Source: an uncultured Synergistales bacterium (lineage in GTDB: Bacteria > Synergistota > Synergistia > Synergistales > JAFGMB01). Taken from it: DNA of 64,000 nucleotides. Below the pieces are notes generated by a model. The model ran no database searches. It was not told the origin of the DNA and worked only from the letters and a program-made list of their open reading frames with translations. Positions 19,255 to 29,423 of the stretch are shown piece after piece; within the stretch, counting starts at the first letter, position 1, and every line of letters begins with the position of its first letter. The DNA lies in the NCBI GenBank assembly GCA_964410915.1, contig CAYPIU010000001.1, positions 84,917 to 148,916 on the forward strand. The letters run 5' to 3'. Made by a program: the position numbers and the translations under genes.

Positions 19255-21528
19255 CCCCCACCTGAATGCTCCTATTACTGCCTGTCCTGTAGAAACACAC
19301 TCGTCATTTGGTGAAAGTGTCTTATGAACCAGTGTTTTCATGCCTTCCCGCTCCAGTAACGTATATGTCAGATTGAGTAATCGTCTGTTCTGCCAGACTC
19401 CTCCTGAAAGAGCGACGTGTTTTATTCCTGTTTCAGATGCTATTGATAATGATATTCTGGTAAGCTCTCTGGCCAGTCCATAATGAAAAGCTGCAGAAAT
19501 CTCTTTTTCAGATATCTTTGTTCTGTTATGGATTATCCATGCTATAGCATTTCGCCAGTCAAGGATCCATTTATCATTTTCTTTGTAAGATTCAAAAGGA
19601 GCTGTGGCGGTACCTTTTGCATTAGATTCCAGAAGGATCGCGGCTTCTCCGTCAAATGAACTTAAAGTGCAGATATTAAGCAGAGCTGAGACACCATCGA
19701 AAAGTCGACCAGCTGATGTTGTTACAGGACCAGAATGAACAGTTCCAGAAATTAGCGGTATGGTCTTCTTGAATTCAGGCCAGATGGATCTGGCGATATC
19801 TATGCTTTTATCATGACCAAAAGTCTGGGTCAAAAGGGAGAGTGCATATCGCCAGGGTTCCAGAACTGCTTTTTCTCCCCCTGGAAGATTGGAACTGAGA
19901 AAATGGCCGGCACGATAGAAGTCTTCGATATCACCCACAAGAAATTCACCGCCCCAAATTGTTCCGTCAGTTCCGAATCCAGTACCATCCAGTATCAACC
20001 CAATAGCCTTGCCTTGATGTCTATTTTCTAAAAGACATGATGCCAGGTGTGCGTGATGATGCTGTACAGCCATTATATGTTCCTTTTTTATGTCTGTCTC
20101 TTCAAGTGCTATTTGCGTAGACACATATTGTGGATGCATATCATGGACAAGAAATTCCGGTTTAAGATTATACAATTTCATGAAATGCTTTAATGCACGT
20201 CTGTAATAATTGATAGTTGGAATCTGCTTGAGATCTCCAAGATACTGGCCGGGAAAAAGGATCTTTTCCTGTGTTATGGAAAATGTACTTTTCATTTCCC
20301 CTCCAGCGGCAAGGATAACTGGAGAATTAACTGGTAAGGGAAAAGGTGCAGGAACAAATCCTCTGGATCTTCTCAGTAAGATCTTCATTCTGCCGGAAAC
20401 GGAGATCACAGAATCATCTATTGGCATATGAATATCACGGTTGTGGAATAAAAAAGAATCTGCTATAGATCCGAGCTTTTCCAGAGCCTCTTCATTTGCT
20501 GCAATGATAGGACTGTCACTTATATTTGCACTTGTCATTACAAGCGCATCAAAACTTTCCATTATCAAGTGATGCAGAGGTGTGTAAGGGAGCATTAACC
20601 CAAGGTCATTCTGTCCCGGGGCTATACTTTCACAAATACCGCAATTGTTCCGTTTATAGCAGATGACGATGGGCCTCTTTGAAGAGAGTAGTGTTTTTTT
20701 GATCTGAGTCGTTAAAATGCATAACTTTTCAGCAACCTCTATATTTTTTACCATAAGCGCGAAAGGTTTTTTCTTTCTGTTTTTTCTATTTCGTAAAGTT
20801 TCAATTGCTGCAGGGTTATAAGGATCGCAAGCGAGGTGGAATCCTCCCAACCCTTTAATAGCCATAATACTACCTGTTCGAATTAAATTTACGCATTCTG
20901 AAATGGCTTTATCACCTTTACTAGTTATAGACTTTTCTGAATCCTGTAACCACAGTTCCGGACCACACTCAAAACAGGCATTTGGTTGAGCATGATATCT
21001 TCTATCTGTATCTGTAGTATATTCGGCATGGCAGTCTTTACACATGGTGAACTTTTTCATTGTTGTTTCAGGTCTGTCATAAGGCAGATCCTGGATTATG
21101 GTATATCTCGGGCCGCAGTTGGTGCAATTTATAAATGGATAACGGTATCTTCTGTTAGAGGGATCATTCATTTCCTCAAGGCAGTCTTTACATGTCGCAA
21201 TATCAGGAGGTATGAGAACTCTCTGTTTTTTCATCCTCTTGCTTTTTACAATATTGAATGTGGTTGAGAAATCTTTGTCTATGTCGCATTCTTCAATGAT
21301 CTCCAAAGAGGTGATGGCTGATGCATCAGGGTTCTCTGTCTGAACCCTTGCAATGTAATCATTTATGATATGTTTTTCACCCCGGAGTATGATTTCAACA
21401 CCGTCAGAGGTATTTCTTACAGATCCCCCAAGACCAAGTTCTCTTGCCAGTTTTGCACAAAAGGGTCTGAATCCTACTCCCTGTACAATACCTGTAATAA
21501 GGATAGTGACTTCATGTCCCATTGACAA
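19246..21528 (-). CDS. hypF: [NiFe]-hydrogenase maturation carbamoyltransferase
   Basis: 760 aa. Contains an acylphosphatase-like N-terminus (GIVQGVGFRPF), two CxxC...CxxC zinc-finger pairs (CKDCLEEM...CTNCGPRY; CKDCHAEY...CFECGP), and YrdC and Kae1-like domains. Confidence 0.9.
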   Translation of the reverse strand: MSMGHEVTILITGIVQGVGFRPFCAKLARELGLGGSVRNTSDGVEIILRGEKHIINDYIARVQTENPDASAITSLEIIEECDIDKDFSTTFNIVKSKRMKKQRVLIPPDIATCKDCLEEMNDPSNRRYRYPFINCTNCGPRYTIIQDLPYDRPETTMKKFTMCKDCHAEYTTDTDRRYHAQPNACFECGPELWLQDSEKSITSKGDKAISECVNLIRTGSIMAIKGLGGFHLACDPYNPAAIETLRNRKNRKKKPFALMVKNIEVAEKLCILTTQIKKTLLSSKRPIVICYKRNNCGICESIAPGQNDLGLMLPYTPLHHLIMESFDALVMTSANISDSPIIAANEEALEKLGSIADSFLFHNRDIHMPIDDSVISVSGRMKILLRRSRGFVPAPFPLPVNSPVILAAGGEMKSTFSITQEKILFPGQYLGDLKQIPTINYYRRALKHFMKLYNLKPEFLVHDMHPQYVSTQIALEETDIKKEHIMAVQHHHAHLASCLLENRHQGKAIGLILDGTGFGTDGTIWGGEFLVGDIEDFYRAGHFLSSNLPGGEKAVLEPWRYALSLLTQTFGHDKSIDIARSIWPEFKKTIPLISGTVHSGPVTTSAGRLFDGVSALLNICTLSSFDGEAAILLESNAKGTATAPFESYKENDKWILDWRNAIAWIIHNRTKISEKEISAAFHYGLARELTRISLSIASETGIKHVALSGGVWQNRRLLNLTYTLLEREGMKTLVHKTLSPNDECVSTGQAVIGAFRWGKN

Positions 21529-21600
21529 ACCTCCGATCTCAAGGCATTTTAATTCAAGAAAGAGATCAACTCAAGTCTTTTTACAGGAGAATATAATTTA

Positions 21601-22134
21601 ATGAAAAATTCAGAGCAGATTTTTAAAGAAATTATCATTGTAAAAGGGGCAGGAAAAGGGAAAACTACTTTTTCACTTGGACTGCTGGCCAGAACATTTT
21701 TTTCTGGAAGAAAGGGTGTGATTATTCAGTTCATGAAAGGGTATCCTTACTCCGAGGTATCGCTTTTACAAACTTTACAGGGTATCAGAATTGAGCAGAC
21801 AGGTACACCTGATTTTGTAAAAAGAGGGGATCCAGGGAAAATTGATAAGAGTGAAGCACAAAGAGGCCTTGATATCGCAGTCAGGTTATGTAAATCAGGA
21901 AAACTTGATCTTATGGTTCTCGATGAGATAAATGTTGCCGTTGATTACGGTCTGGTTGAGGAAGAAAAAGTGCTCGGATTTCTTTCTTCCTGCTTTAGTA
22001 TATCAAGAATAGTCCTGACGGGTCGTTATCCGTCCTCGAGGCTTATCTCAATAGCTGATCGGGTAATAACAATGAATGAGATCAAACATCCATTTAATTC
22101 TGGTATTATGGCGCGGAAAGGGATCGATTTCTGA
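21601..22134 (+). CDS. cobO: cob(I)yrinic acid a,c-diamide adenosyltransferase (CobA/CobO/BtuR family)
   Basis: GAGKGKTT P-loop, IQFMKG, DLMVLDEIN, LTGR and KHPF motifs. Confidence 0.8.
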   Translation: MKNSEQIFKEIIIVKGAGKGKTTFSLGLLARTFFSGRKGVIIQFMKGYPYSEVSLLQTLQGIRIEQTGTPDFVKRGDPGKIDKSEAQRGLDIAVRLCKSGKLDLMVLDEINVAVDYGLVEEEKVLGFLSSCFSISRIVLTGRYPSSRLISIADRVITMNEIKHPFNSGIMARKGIDF

Positions 22135-22156
22135 GTTTGAAGGCGGGGCCAATTTT

Positions 22157-24705
22157 ATGTATAAAGCTCATTGCATGAATTCAGAAGATCTTCTCAGATC
22201 TTTAGGGACTGGTTCTGAACACGGATTAGCTGAAAAAGATATCACAATGCTTCAGAACATATATGGTAAGAACATTCTAAGGGAAATTAAATCGGATCCC
22301 TGTTGGAAACTATTATTGAATCAGTTCAAGACTGCAATGATATACCTTCTTGCTTTTGCTTCTTTGATAAGCCTGCTTATGGGGGAAAAGCTCGATACAT
22401 CTGCCATTCTTGTTGTTATCTTTCTAAATGCCTTTGTTGCATTTTTAACAGAATTTAGAGCAGAGAGATCGCTGCAAGCTCTTAAATCAATGACATCTCC
22501 TGAGTCAAAGGTCATTTGGTCTGGTAAAACCCTTATTGTTAAATCAGAGGATCTTGTTCCCGGAGATATAATCTTACTTGAAGCAGGCGATATTGTACCT
22601 GCTGATGCAAGAATACTTATTTTCAAAAATCTTATGGTCAATGAAGCATCTCTTACAGGAGAATCTCTTCCTGTTGTAAAGACAGACCAGATACTTGAAG
22701 AGAATACACCTTTTTCTGACAGGCATAATTGTTTCTATTCTGGAACTTGTGTTGTCAGAGGTCGAGCAAAATGTGTTATTTTTGCCACGGGGATGGATAC
22801 CGAGTTTGGGAAAATAGGAGAGATGCTCCAGACAGTTTCTTCCAGAATGACTCCTCTTGAAGAGAGACTTGCAAGATTCAGTCATTTCCTGATATTTGCT
22901 ACGGTTACCATAGCAATCCTTGTTATATTGCTGGGTTTCCTTCAGGGAAGAGGATTTTTGAAAATGCTTGAAACAGGTATTGCCCTGGCTTTAGCTGCGG
23001 TTCCTGAAGGATTACCTTTTGTTGCAACAATGGCTCTTGCGTTCGAAGTACATAAAATGGCTGGAGTCAATGCCCTTGTCCGCAACCTTTCTTCTGTTGA
23101 GACCCTTGGTTCAACGACAATAATATGCACAGACAAGACCGGGACCCTTACAGTAAACAGGATGCAGATCAGAGCAATAGAAACTTCCTGCGAAGAAGCT
23201 ATGGAAAAGCTGATGAGAGTAAGTGTTCTGTGTAATTATGCGTCTCTTAAAGAGGATAATGGAACCGGGGACCCAATAGAGACTGCATTATTACGTTATG
23301 CTGTTGAGCATCAAGTCTCTTATGAAAAAGTGCGAAGGGAATTTCCCCGGATCAATGAAGAACCGTTTGATTCTGAAACCAGAAGGATGATCACCTGGCA
23401 TACTTCTGGAGTTGCTATGAAAGGTGCTCCTGAAGAAATAATCAGTCAGTGTATTGGAACCATGGAAAAAGACCACTTGCGCAAATCTGATGAAACTATC
23501 AGGGCTGAGTGGCTTGGAAAAGTACAGAAACTTGCTTCCAGGGGTATGAGGACATTGGCATTTGCATGGGGTAATAACCTTGAAAGCATGTATTTCTCAG
23601 GGTTGGCCGGTTTTGATGATCTGCCAAGAAAAGAAGTCGCTTCTTCTGTCGAACTTTGTCATAAAGCTGGTATCCATGCGGTAATGGTGACAGGTGATCA
23701 TCTTTTCATTGCAGAAACCATAGCCAGAGAGACAGGCATTATGGACAATTCCCATAGATCCGCTGTTTCAGGTGAAGAACTGAATAATATGTATGAGTCG
23801 GATATTGCCGATATTGCTGGACAAATTGCTGTTTTTGCAAGGGTTGATCCAGAGCACAAACTTAAAATCGTCAGAGGATTACAAGAGGCTGGAGAAGTAG
23901 TAGCCATGACCGGAAATGGGGTAAATGATGCCGTTGCTCTTCATCACGCTAACGTTGGAGTAGCAATGGGTATTCAGGGTTCAGAAGTAAGTAAAGAGGC
24001 CTCTGATATTATACTTCAGGATGATATCAGAGGTACAATAGTACAGGCAGTAAAGGAAGGCAGAAGAATATTTGATAATATCCGAAAAGCTGTTCTTTTT
24101 CTTCTCAGTTGTAACCTGAGCGAGATCTTGACTTTTTTTATCAGCATCCTTTTCAGATTACCCTCAGTTTTGTTACCGCTACAGATTCTCTGGATAAATC
24201 TTGCTACTGATGTTATACCGGCTCTTGCAATTTCTTTAGATCCCGCAGAAGTCGATATTATGAAAAGACCTCCTAAAAAAAAGTCTGAAGATATAATTAC
24301 TTTTCAACATAAGTTCCAGATAGTTCTTTACAGTATTCTCATGGCACACGGAGTTCTTGGATTTTATTTGTGGACACTCTTTTTTCATTCAGGCGCATGT
24401 TCTTTAGCTAACGAGATGGGTTTTCGCACTCTTGTTTTCTCTCAACTTTTTTTGTCATTAATGTCAGGGAGGCAAGTATATTCAGAAAGCCGGATATGCT
24501 GTGGGCGAATCCCTGGTTTCTTTGGGGTATTGTTGTATCAATGTTCCTTCAGGTGAGTATCACTTTCATTCCGGTATTTCAGGAAGTACTTGAAATAGTC
24601 CCTTTAAGTTTTAAGGAATGGTCAACAGTACTTGCGGGGTCCTTACTTCCTACTTCAATAGCACAGTTAAGCAAACTCGTAAGATCATCACGGGAGGATG
24701 GGTAA
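22157..24705 (+). pseudogene. P-type (type II-like) cation-transporting ATPase with its reading frame interrupted in a T7 run at 24447-24453. It could be a pseudogene, a sequencing indel, or a slippage site.
   Basis: CTDKTGTLT phosphorylation site, PEGLP (TM4) and TGDH motifs. Frame A ends at 24556 after nonsense-looking residues. The last TM segments (ANPWFLWGIVVSMFLQ...) are read in another frame (track ORF 24496-24705). Joining the frames at the T-run restores ...TLVFSQLF(F)VINVREASIFRKPDMLWANPWF... Confidence 0.7.
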
Positions 24706-25753
24706 GTTGAAAAAAAGAGCGGTTTTAGGTATAAGTGGTGGTGTTGACAGTGCAGTTTCAGCTTATATATTAAAAAAACGTGGATATGAGGTCATTGGGG
24801 TTTACCTTTCTCTGCACAGTATTAAAAATGAAGTATTATCCGAGTTGGATATCTTAAGAAACTCATTAAAAATTGATATTATTGAGCACAATTGTGAAAA
24901 TGAATTTAAGGATTGTGTAATATCACCTTTTATAAAATCTTATATTGATGGAAAAACTCCCAATCCATGTATAAAGTGTAATCCTCAACTTAAATTCAGA
25001 ACTCTTTTCAGAATAGCTGATGAACTTGGGGTACCTTTTGTATCGACGGGACATTATGCCGGAATATCAGGACATTACCCCGATAGATATCTTATCCGAG
25101 GGCAGGATCGGATAAAAGATCAGAGTTATATGCTGTATCGTCTCGATAAAAAGTGGTTGAACAGGATCATATTTCCTCTTGGCTCGATGGATAAAGATAC
25201 TGTTAAAAGAATTGCTGAGGATATAATTCCCGGGAATCCCGGATTTAAGAAGGAAAGTCAGGATATATGTTTTCTTAAAGGACAGACTTTGTTTGATTTT
25301 CTGAAAGGAGAAACATCATCCTCTCAGACTGAAGGTAAAATAATAGACAGACAAGGTAATATTCTGGGTAAACATAAAGGGATTTTCAGTTATACTATAG
25401 GTCAGAGGAAGGGTTTAGGTCTTTCAGGAGGGCCATGGTTCGTTCATTCTATAGATCCTGACTCAAATATCCTTGTAGTTTCCGGCGAAGAAGACATAAA
25501 ATCGGATTCTATATATTGTGAAGAAGCAGTATGGCACAATCCCCTTGTTGATAAAAATGAGATATTTCAGGGACAGCACAGATACAGGGCAAAACCGTTC
25601 AGATTGAGAATATCATCTGCAGGGGAAGGAAACTTTACGGTTAAAACTTGTCAACCAGTAAAAGCAGCAGCTCCAGGCCAGGCTCTTGTCATCTATCAGG
25701 GCAACAGGGTCATTGGCGGAGGAACAATAATAGCTTCTAACAAGGAGGAATAG
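24698..25753 (+). CDS. mnmA: tRNA-specific 2-thiouridylase
   Basis: PP-loop GISGGVDSAV, plus catalytic Cys regions (NPCIKCN; DICF). Confidence 0.9.
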   Translation: MGKLKKRAVLGISGGVDSAVSAYILKKRGYEVIGVYLSLHSIKNEVLSELDILRNSLKIDIIEHNCENEFKDCVISPFIKSYIDGKTPNPCIKCNPQLKFRTLFRIADELGVPFVSTGHYAGISGHYPDRYLIRGQDRIKDQSYMLYRLDKKWLNRIIFPLGSMDKDTVKRIAEDIIPGNPGFKKESQDICFLKGQTLFDFLKGETSSSQTEGKIIDRQGNILGKHKGIFSYTIGQRKGLGLSGGPWFVHSIDPDSNILVVSGEEDIKSDSIYCEEAVWHNPLVDKNEIFQGQHRYRAKPFRLRISSAGEGNFTVKTCQPVKAAAPGQALVIYQGNRVIGGGTIIASNKEE

Positions 25754-25755
25754 GT

Positions 25756-28209
25756 ATGTCTGATTTTGAAGGATTGAGATTGCCTGTTGCAAAGCTCCGT
25801 AAAATGACAAACATTAAAAATCTAGGGTTTGATTCTACAAGTTCTCTTGAATGCCTTAAGGATTTTATTGGTCAGAAACGAGCTATAAAGGCAATGGGTT
25901 TTGGTCTTGCTGTAAAAGGAAAAGGATACAATATCTTTGTGGCAGGGGATACAGGCAGTGGCAGGACTACCTATGCTCATGAGAGACTGAATGCTGCTGC
26001 AAAAGAAATGAATGCTCCCAGTGACTGGATCTATGTATATAATTTCGATGATCCATCCAAACCTCTTTCTATCAATCTCAAAGCTGGTCTTGCCAGGGAA
26101 ATGGAATCAACCTTTGAAAATCTTCTGGAAGAACTGAAAGTTACCATAAGTAAAGCTTTTGAGAAAAGTCAGTACGAGGATTCCAAAGCTCAGCTTGTTA
26201 AATCATTTCAGGAAGAAGTTAATGAACTGATGGAAGAAGTTCGTAAATGGGCATCGGAAAAAGGTTTTACTTTAAAGAGAACTCCACAGGGTTTTGTAAA
26301 CATCCCCATGAAGGAAGAGACAGATGAAAATGGGGAGAGTGAAGTCAGGGAAATTCAACAGGAAGAATTTGAAAAACTGAGTGAGGAAGAACAAAAGCAA
26401 CTTGAAGAAAAATCCGAGGAAGTATCACAAAAAACACTTGAGGTCCTGCGGACAATAAGAGACAAGGAAAAATCACTCAAAAAAAAGATAAGCAAACTTG
26501 AGGAAGAGATCTGTCGAGCTGCAGTAACACCTTACCTTGAGGATATCAAAGAAAAATATACAGATAATGAAACACTTAGAAAATGGATTGATTCCCTTAC
26601 CGAGGATATTGTCGGTAATTTTAATCTTTTCGTTGCTTCCGCGAAAGACGAGAATACTGAACTTGATCTCAGTAGATATTCCATTAATTCTTTTGTCAGT
26701 AATGATCCTGAAAAAGGTGCACCTGTAGTATGGGCAACAAATCCGACCTATTACAACCTGATAGGCAAACTCGAATATGAAAGCAGACAGGGATATCTTT
26801 ATACTGATTTTCACAAGATCATTGCAGGGGATATTCATAGAGCAAATGGAGGATTCCTGCTTATTGATGCTGAGAAACTTCTTAGAAACTTTATGTCCTG
26901 GGAAGCCTTGAAAAGGGTTCTCAATACAGGTGAGATATCTGTTGAAAATCTTGGGGAACAGTATGGTGCTATTCCTGTTTCTTCTTTAAGGCCTCAACCC
27001 ATAAATGTAAATGTTAAAGTCGTTATTGTAGGAACGAGATATCTTTATCGTTTGCTCCAGATCTATGATCCTGAATTCCAGAAAATGTTCAAGATCAAGG
27101 CTGATTTTGACATTGATATGCCAAGAACACATGAAACGGAAGAGCAGATGGCCAGGTTTGTAGCCAGTTATATACATAAAGAAAAAGGTATCTGTCCGTT
27201 CAGTTGTGATGGGGTGGCTGAGGTAATAGACTGGTCCTGTAGACTTGCGGAGCACCAGGATAGAATGTCTACACAGTTTAACAAGCTCACAGAAGTGATA
27301 GTTGAGTCGTCTGCCTGGGCCCAGATGGAAGGTTCTGAGACAGTAGGATCAGAACATGTTTATAAAGCAATTCAGGAAAAGAAGTTTCGTTCAAATCTTG
27401 TTCAGGAACGAATTGAAAGAGCTTTTCAGGAGAACATCATAAGAATTGAAACTTCAGGAGAGAGAGTTGGCCAGATAAATGGGCTGTCTGTAGTTTCACT
27501 GGGAGATTACGAATTCGGACATCCATCACGAATTACAGCAAATGTTTATATGGGTAAGGAGGGTGTTGTAAATATTGAAAGAGAAGTTAAAATGGCTGGT
27601 CCTATACATAACAAGGGGCTTATGACTCTTTCAAGTTATCTAGGGAAACAGTACGCACAGGAGATTCCACTTTCTTTAACGGCCACGCTTTCATTTGAAC
27701 AGAACTATGGGGGAATTGAAGGTGATAGTGCTTCTTCAACTGAATTGTACTGCCTACTCTCTGCTTTAGCAGATCTTCCTTTAAAACAGAATATTGCTGT
27801 AACAGGGTCGGTCGACCAGTTTGGCAACATTCAGCCGATCGGTGGAGTAAACGAGAAAATCGAAGGCTTTTTTAATTATTGCAGATACAACGGTCTTACA
27901 GGGGATCAGGGTGTAATGATACCGCAACAGAATAAAATAAATCTTATGCTGAACAGAGAAGTTATTGAAGCTGTTGAAAAAGGGCAGTTCAATATATGGG
28001 CTATAGAAAATATAAGCCAGGGTATTGAATTATTAACAGGAGTTCCTGCCGGTATTGCTGATGCTGAAGGCAAGTTTGAGGAAAAAACAGTTCATTTCAG
28101 GGTCAAATCAAAACTGCAACAATGGACAAGAAAGATCGCCAGCCTTAATAAGGGGCTTGGAGAATCTGAAGAAACAAGGAAGACGGATGGGACAGCCCCG
28201 GTTAGCTGA
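25756..28209 (+). CDS. Lon-like protease with a degenerate AAA+ module and a long coiled-coil insertion (LonC-like)
   Basis: The C-terminal Lon protease domain has Ser in GDSASSTE and Lys in GGVNEKIEGF. The N-terminal P-loop reads GDTGSGRTT, with Arg where the Walker-A Lys is expected. A ~130-aa E/K-rich insertion follows. Confidence 0.7.
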   Translation: MSDFEGLRLPVAKLRKMTNIKNLGFDSTSSLECLKDFIGQKRAIKAMGFGLAVKGKGYNIFVAGDTGSGRTTYAHERLNAAAKEMNAPSDWIYVYNFDDPSKPLSINLKAGLAREMESTFENLLEELKVTISKAFEKSQYEDSKAQLVKSFQEEVNELMEEVRKWASEKGFTLKRTPQGFVNIPMKEETDENGESEVREIQQEEFEKLSEEEQKQLEEKSEEVSQKTLEVLRTIRDKEKSLKKKISKLEEEICRAAVTPYLEDIKEKYTDNETLRKWIDSLTEDIVGNFNLFVASAKDENTELDLSRYSINSFVSNDPEKGAPVVWATNPTYYNLIGKLEYESRQGYLYTDFHKIIAGDIHRANGGFLLIDAEKLLRNFMSWEALKRVLNTGEISVENLGEQYGAIPVSSLRPQPINVNVKVVIVGTRYLYRLLQIYDPEFQKMFKIKADFDIDMPRTHETEEQMARFVASYIHKEKGICPFSCDGVAEVIDWSCRLAEHQDRMSTQFNKLTEVIVESSAWAQMEGSETVGSEHVYKAIQEKKFRSNLVQERIERAFQENIIRIETSGERVGQINGLSVVSLGDYEFGHPSRITANVYMGKEGVVNIEREVKMAGPIHNKGLMTLSSYLGKQYAQEIPLSLTATLSFEQNYGGIEGDSASSTELYCLLSALADLPLKQNIAVTGSVDQFGNIQPIGGVNEKIEGFFNYCRYNGLTGDQGVMIPQQNKINLMLNREVIEAVEKGQFNIWAIENISQGIELLTGVPAGIADAEGKFEEKTVHFRVKSKLQQWTRKIASLNKGLGESEETRKTDGTAPVS

Positions 28210-28282
28210 TACCCGTAAGTGTGTCTTTCCAACAGGAGAATCTGCAAAAGAAAACCTCTCTATTTTTTCAGAAGAGGACAGA

Positions 28283-28954
28283 ATGTCAATTTTTTCAGTG
28301 ATTGATATACTTGAGAATCTATGGGGACAGGAAAGTAATCCTCCTGTCCTATCACATGAAGATCCCATGGATGGATTGATCCTTACATTGTTATCACAGA
28401 ATACAAATGACAGGAATCGAGACAGGGCTTTTTCGAGTTTGAAAAAGGAATTTCCGGCCTGGAAAGATGTTCTTCATGCTTCACAGGATGCTATTGCAAA
28501 AAGTATTAAAGTCGGAGGGCTGGCGAAAGTCAAATCCGAGCGAATTAAGTCCATTACAGAAAGTGTTATGCTGAGATTCGGTGAACCAAGTCTGAGGCAG
28601 ATGGGTTCTTTTAATAAAGACCAGATAGTAAGTTTTCTACAAGGTCTTCCAGGAGTAGGGCCCAAAACTATTGCCTGTATGCTTGTTTTTGAATTCCAGA
28701 TTCCTGCATTCCCAGTGGATACTCATGTTCATCGTTTTTGCGTCAGGATGAAGTGGGTTCCTGAGAAAACATCCTCTCATTCAATACAGCAAATAATGGA
28801 AGATTTTCTTCCCCGTGAAAGGATGTTAGGTGCCCATCTCAATATAATAATGCATGGAAGAAAGCTCTGTTATGCAAGAAATCCAAAATGTAAAGAATGT
28901 CCTTTATCCGCCATTTGTCCGTTTTCTGTCTATCATAATTGTTCATCAATTTAA
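28283..28954 (+). CDS. endonuclease III-like HhH-GPD DNA glycosylase with a [4Fe-4S] cluster loop
   Basis: HhH motif LPGVGPKTIACML, VDTHVHR, and C-terminal CYARNPKCKECPLSAIC (C-x6-C-x2-C-x5-C). ATG 28283 is preceded by GAGGA. The longer track ORF overlaps the lon-like gene. Confidence 0.7.
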   Translation: MSIFSVIDILENLWGQESNPPVLSHEDPMDGLILTLLSQNTNDRNRDRAFSSLKKEFPAWKDVLHASQDAIAKSIKVGGLAKVKSERIKSITESVMLRFGEPSLRQMGSFNKDQIVSFLQGLPGVGPKTIACMLVFEFQIPAFPVDTHVHRFCVRMKWVPEKTSSHSIQQIMEDFLPRERMLGAHLNIIMHGRKLCYARNPKCKECPLSAICPFSVYHNCSSI

Positions 28955-29006
28955 TATGAGACTGGATTCTCAATCTTATTGTTGTGACTGATTTGATACA
29001 GGAGTA

Positions 29007-29300
29007 TCATTCCTGTTCCAAGGTTATCCTCTTAAGAACGGTTTTATATCCATCTGTTCCGTATTCAAGATATTTTTTAACTCTGCTTATTGTTGCTGCA
29101 CTTGCACCAGTCTGCTGTGATATTTGCGGATATGCCAGGCCCTGATCGAGAAGACGTGCTACTTCCAGTCTTTGCGCCAGGGCTCTTATTTCTCCTATCG
29201 TTGCGATATCTTCGAGGAATGCAAAAACTTCATCAGTTTTATTGAGAGATAGAATGGCTTTTGTTAACTGGTCTGTAAGTCTGTCCTTCCATTTTTCCAT
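29007..29300 (-). CDS. yerC: TrpR-like YerC/YecD family DNA-binding protein
   Basis: 97 aa. ...LAQRLEVARLL...ISQQTGASAATISRVKKYLEYGTDGY matches the YerC/YecD HTH pattern. Confidence 0.75.
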   Translation of the reverse strand: MEKWKDRLTDQLTKAILSLNKTDEVFAFLEDIATIGEIRALAQRLEVARLLDQGLAYPQISQQTGASAATISRVKKYLEYGTDGYKTVLKRITLEQE

Positions 29301-29423
29301 TAGAGGTCACCCCTTTTTGTCAACTTCATTGATTCACCGCTCTACTTAGACGGATTGTAACATTTATAATTTATTTGTCTACATGTGGATGTAGATCATT
29401 AAATATTCAGTTAGGGTTCAGAC

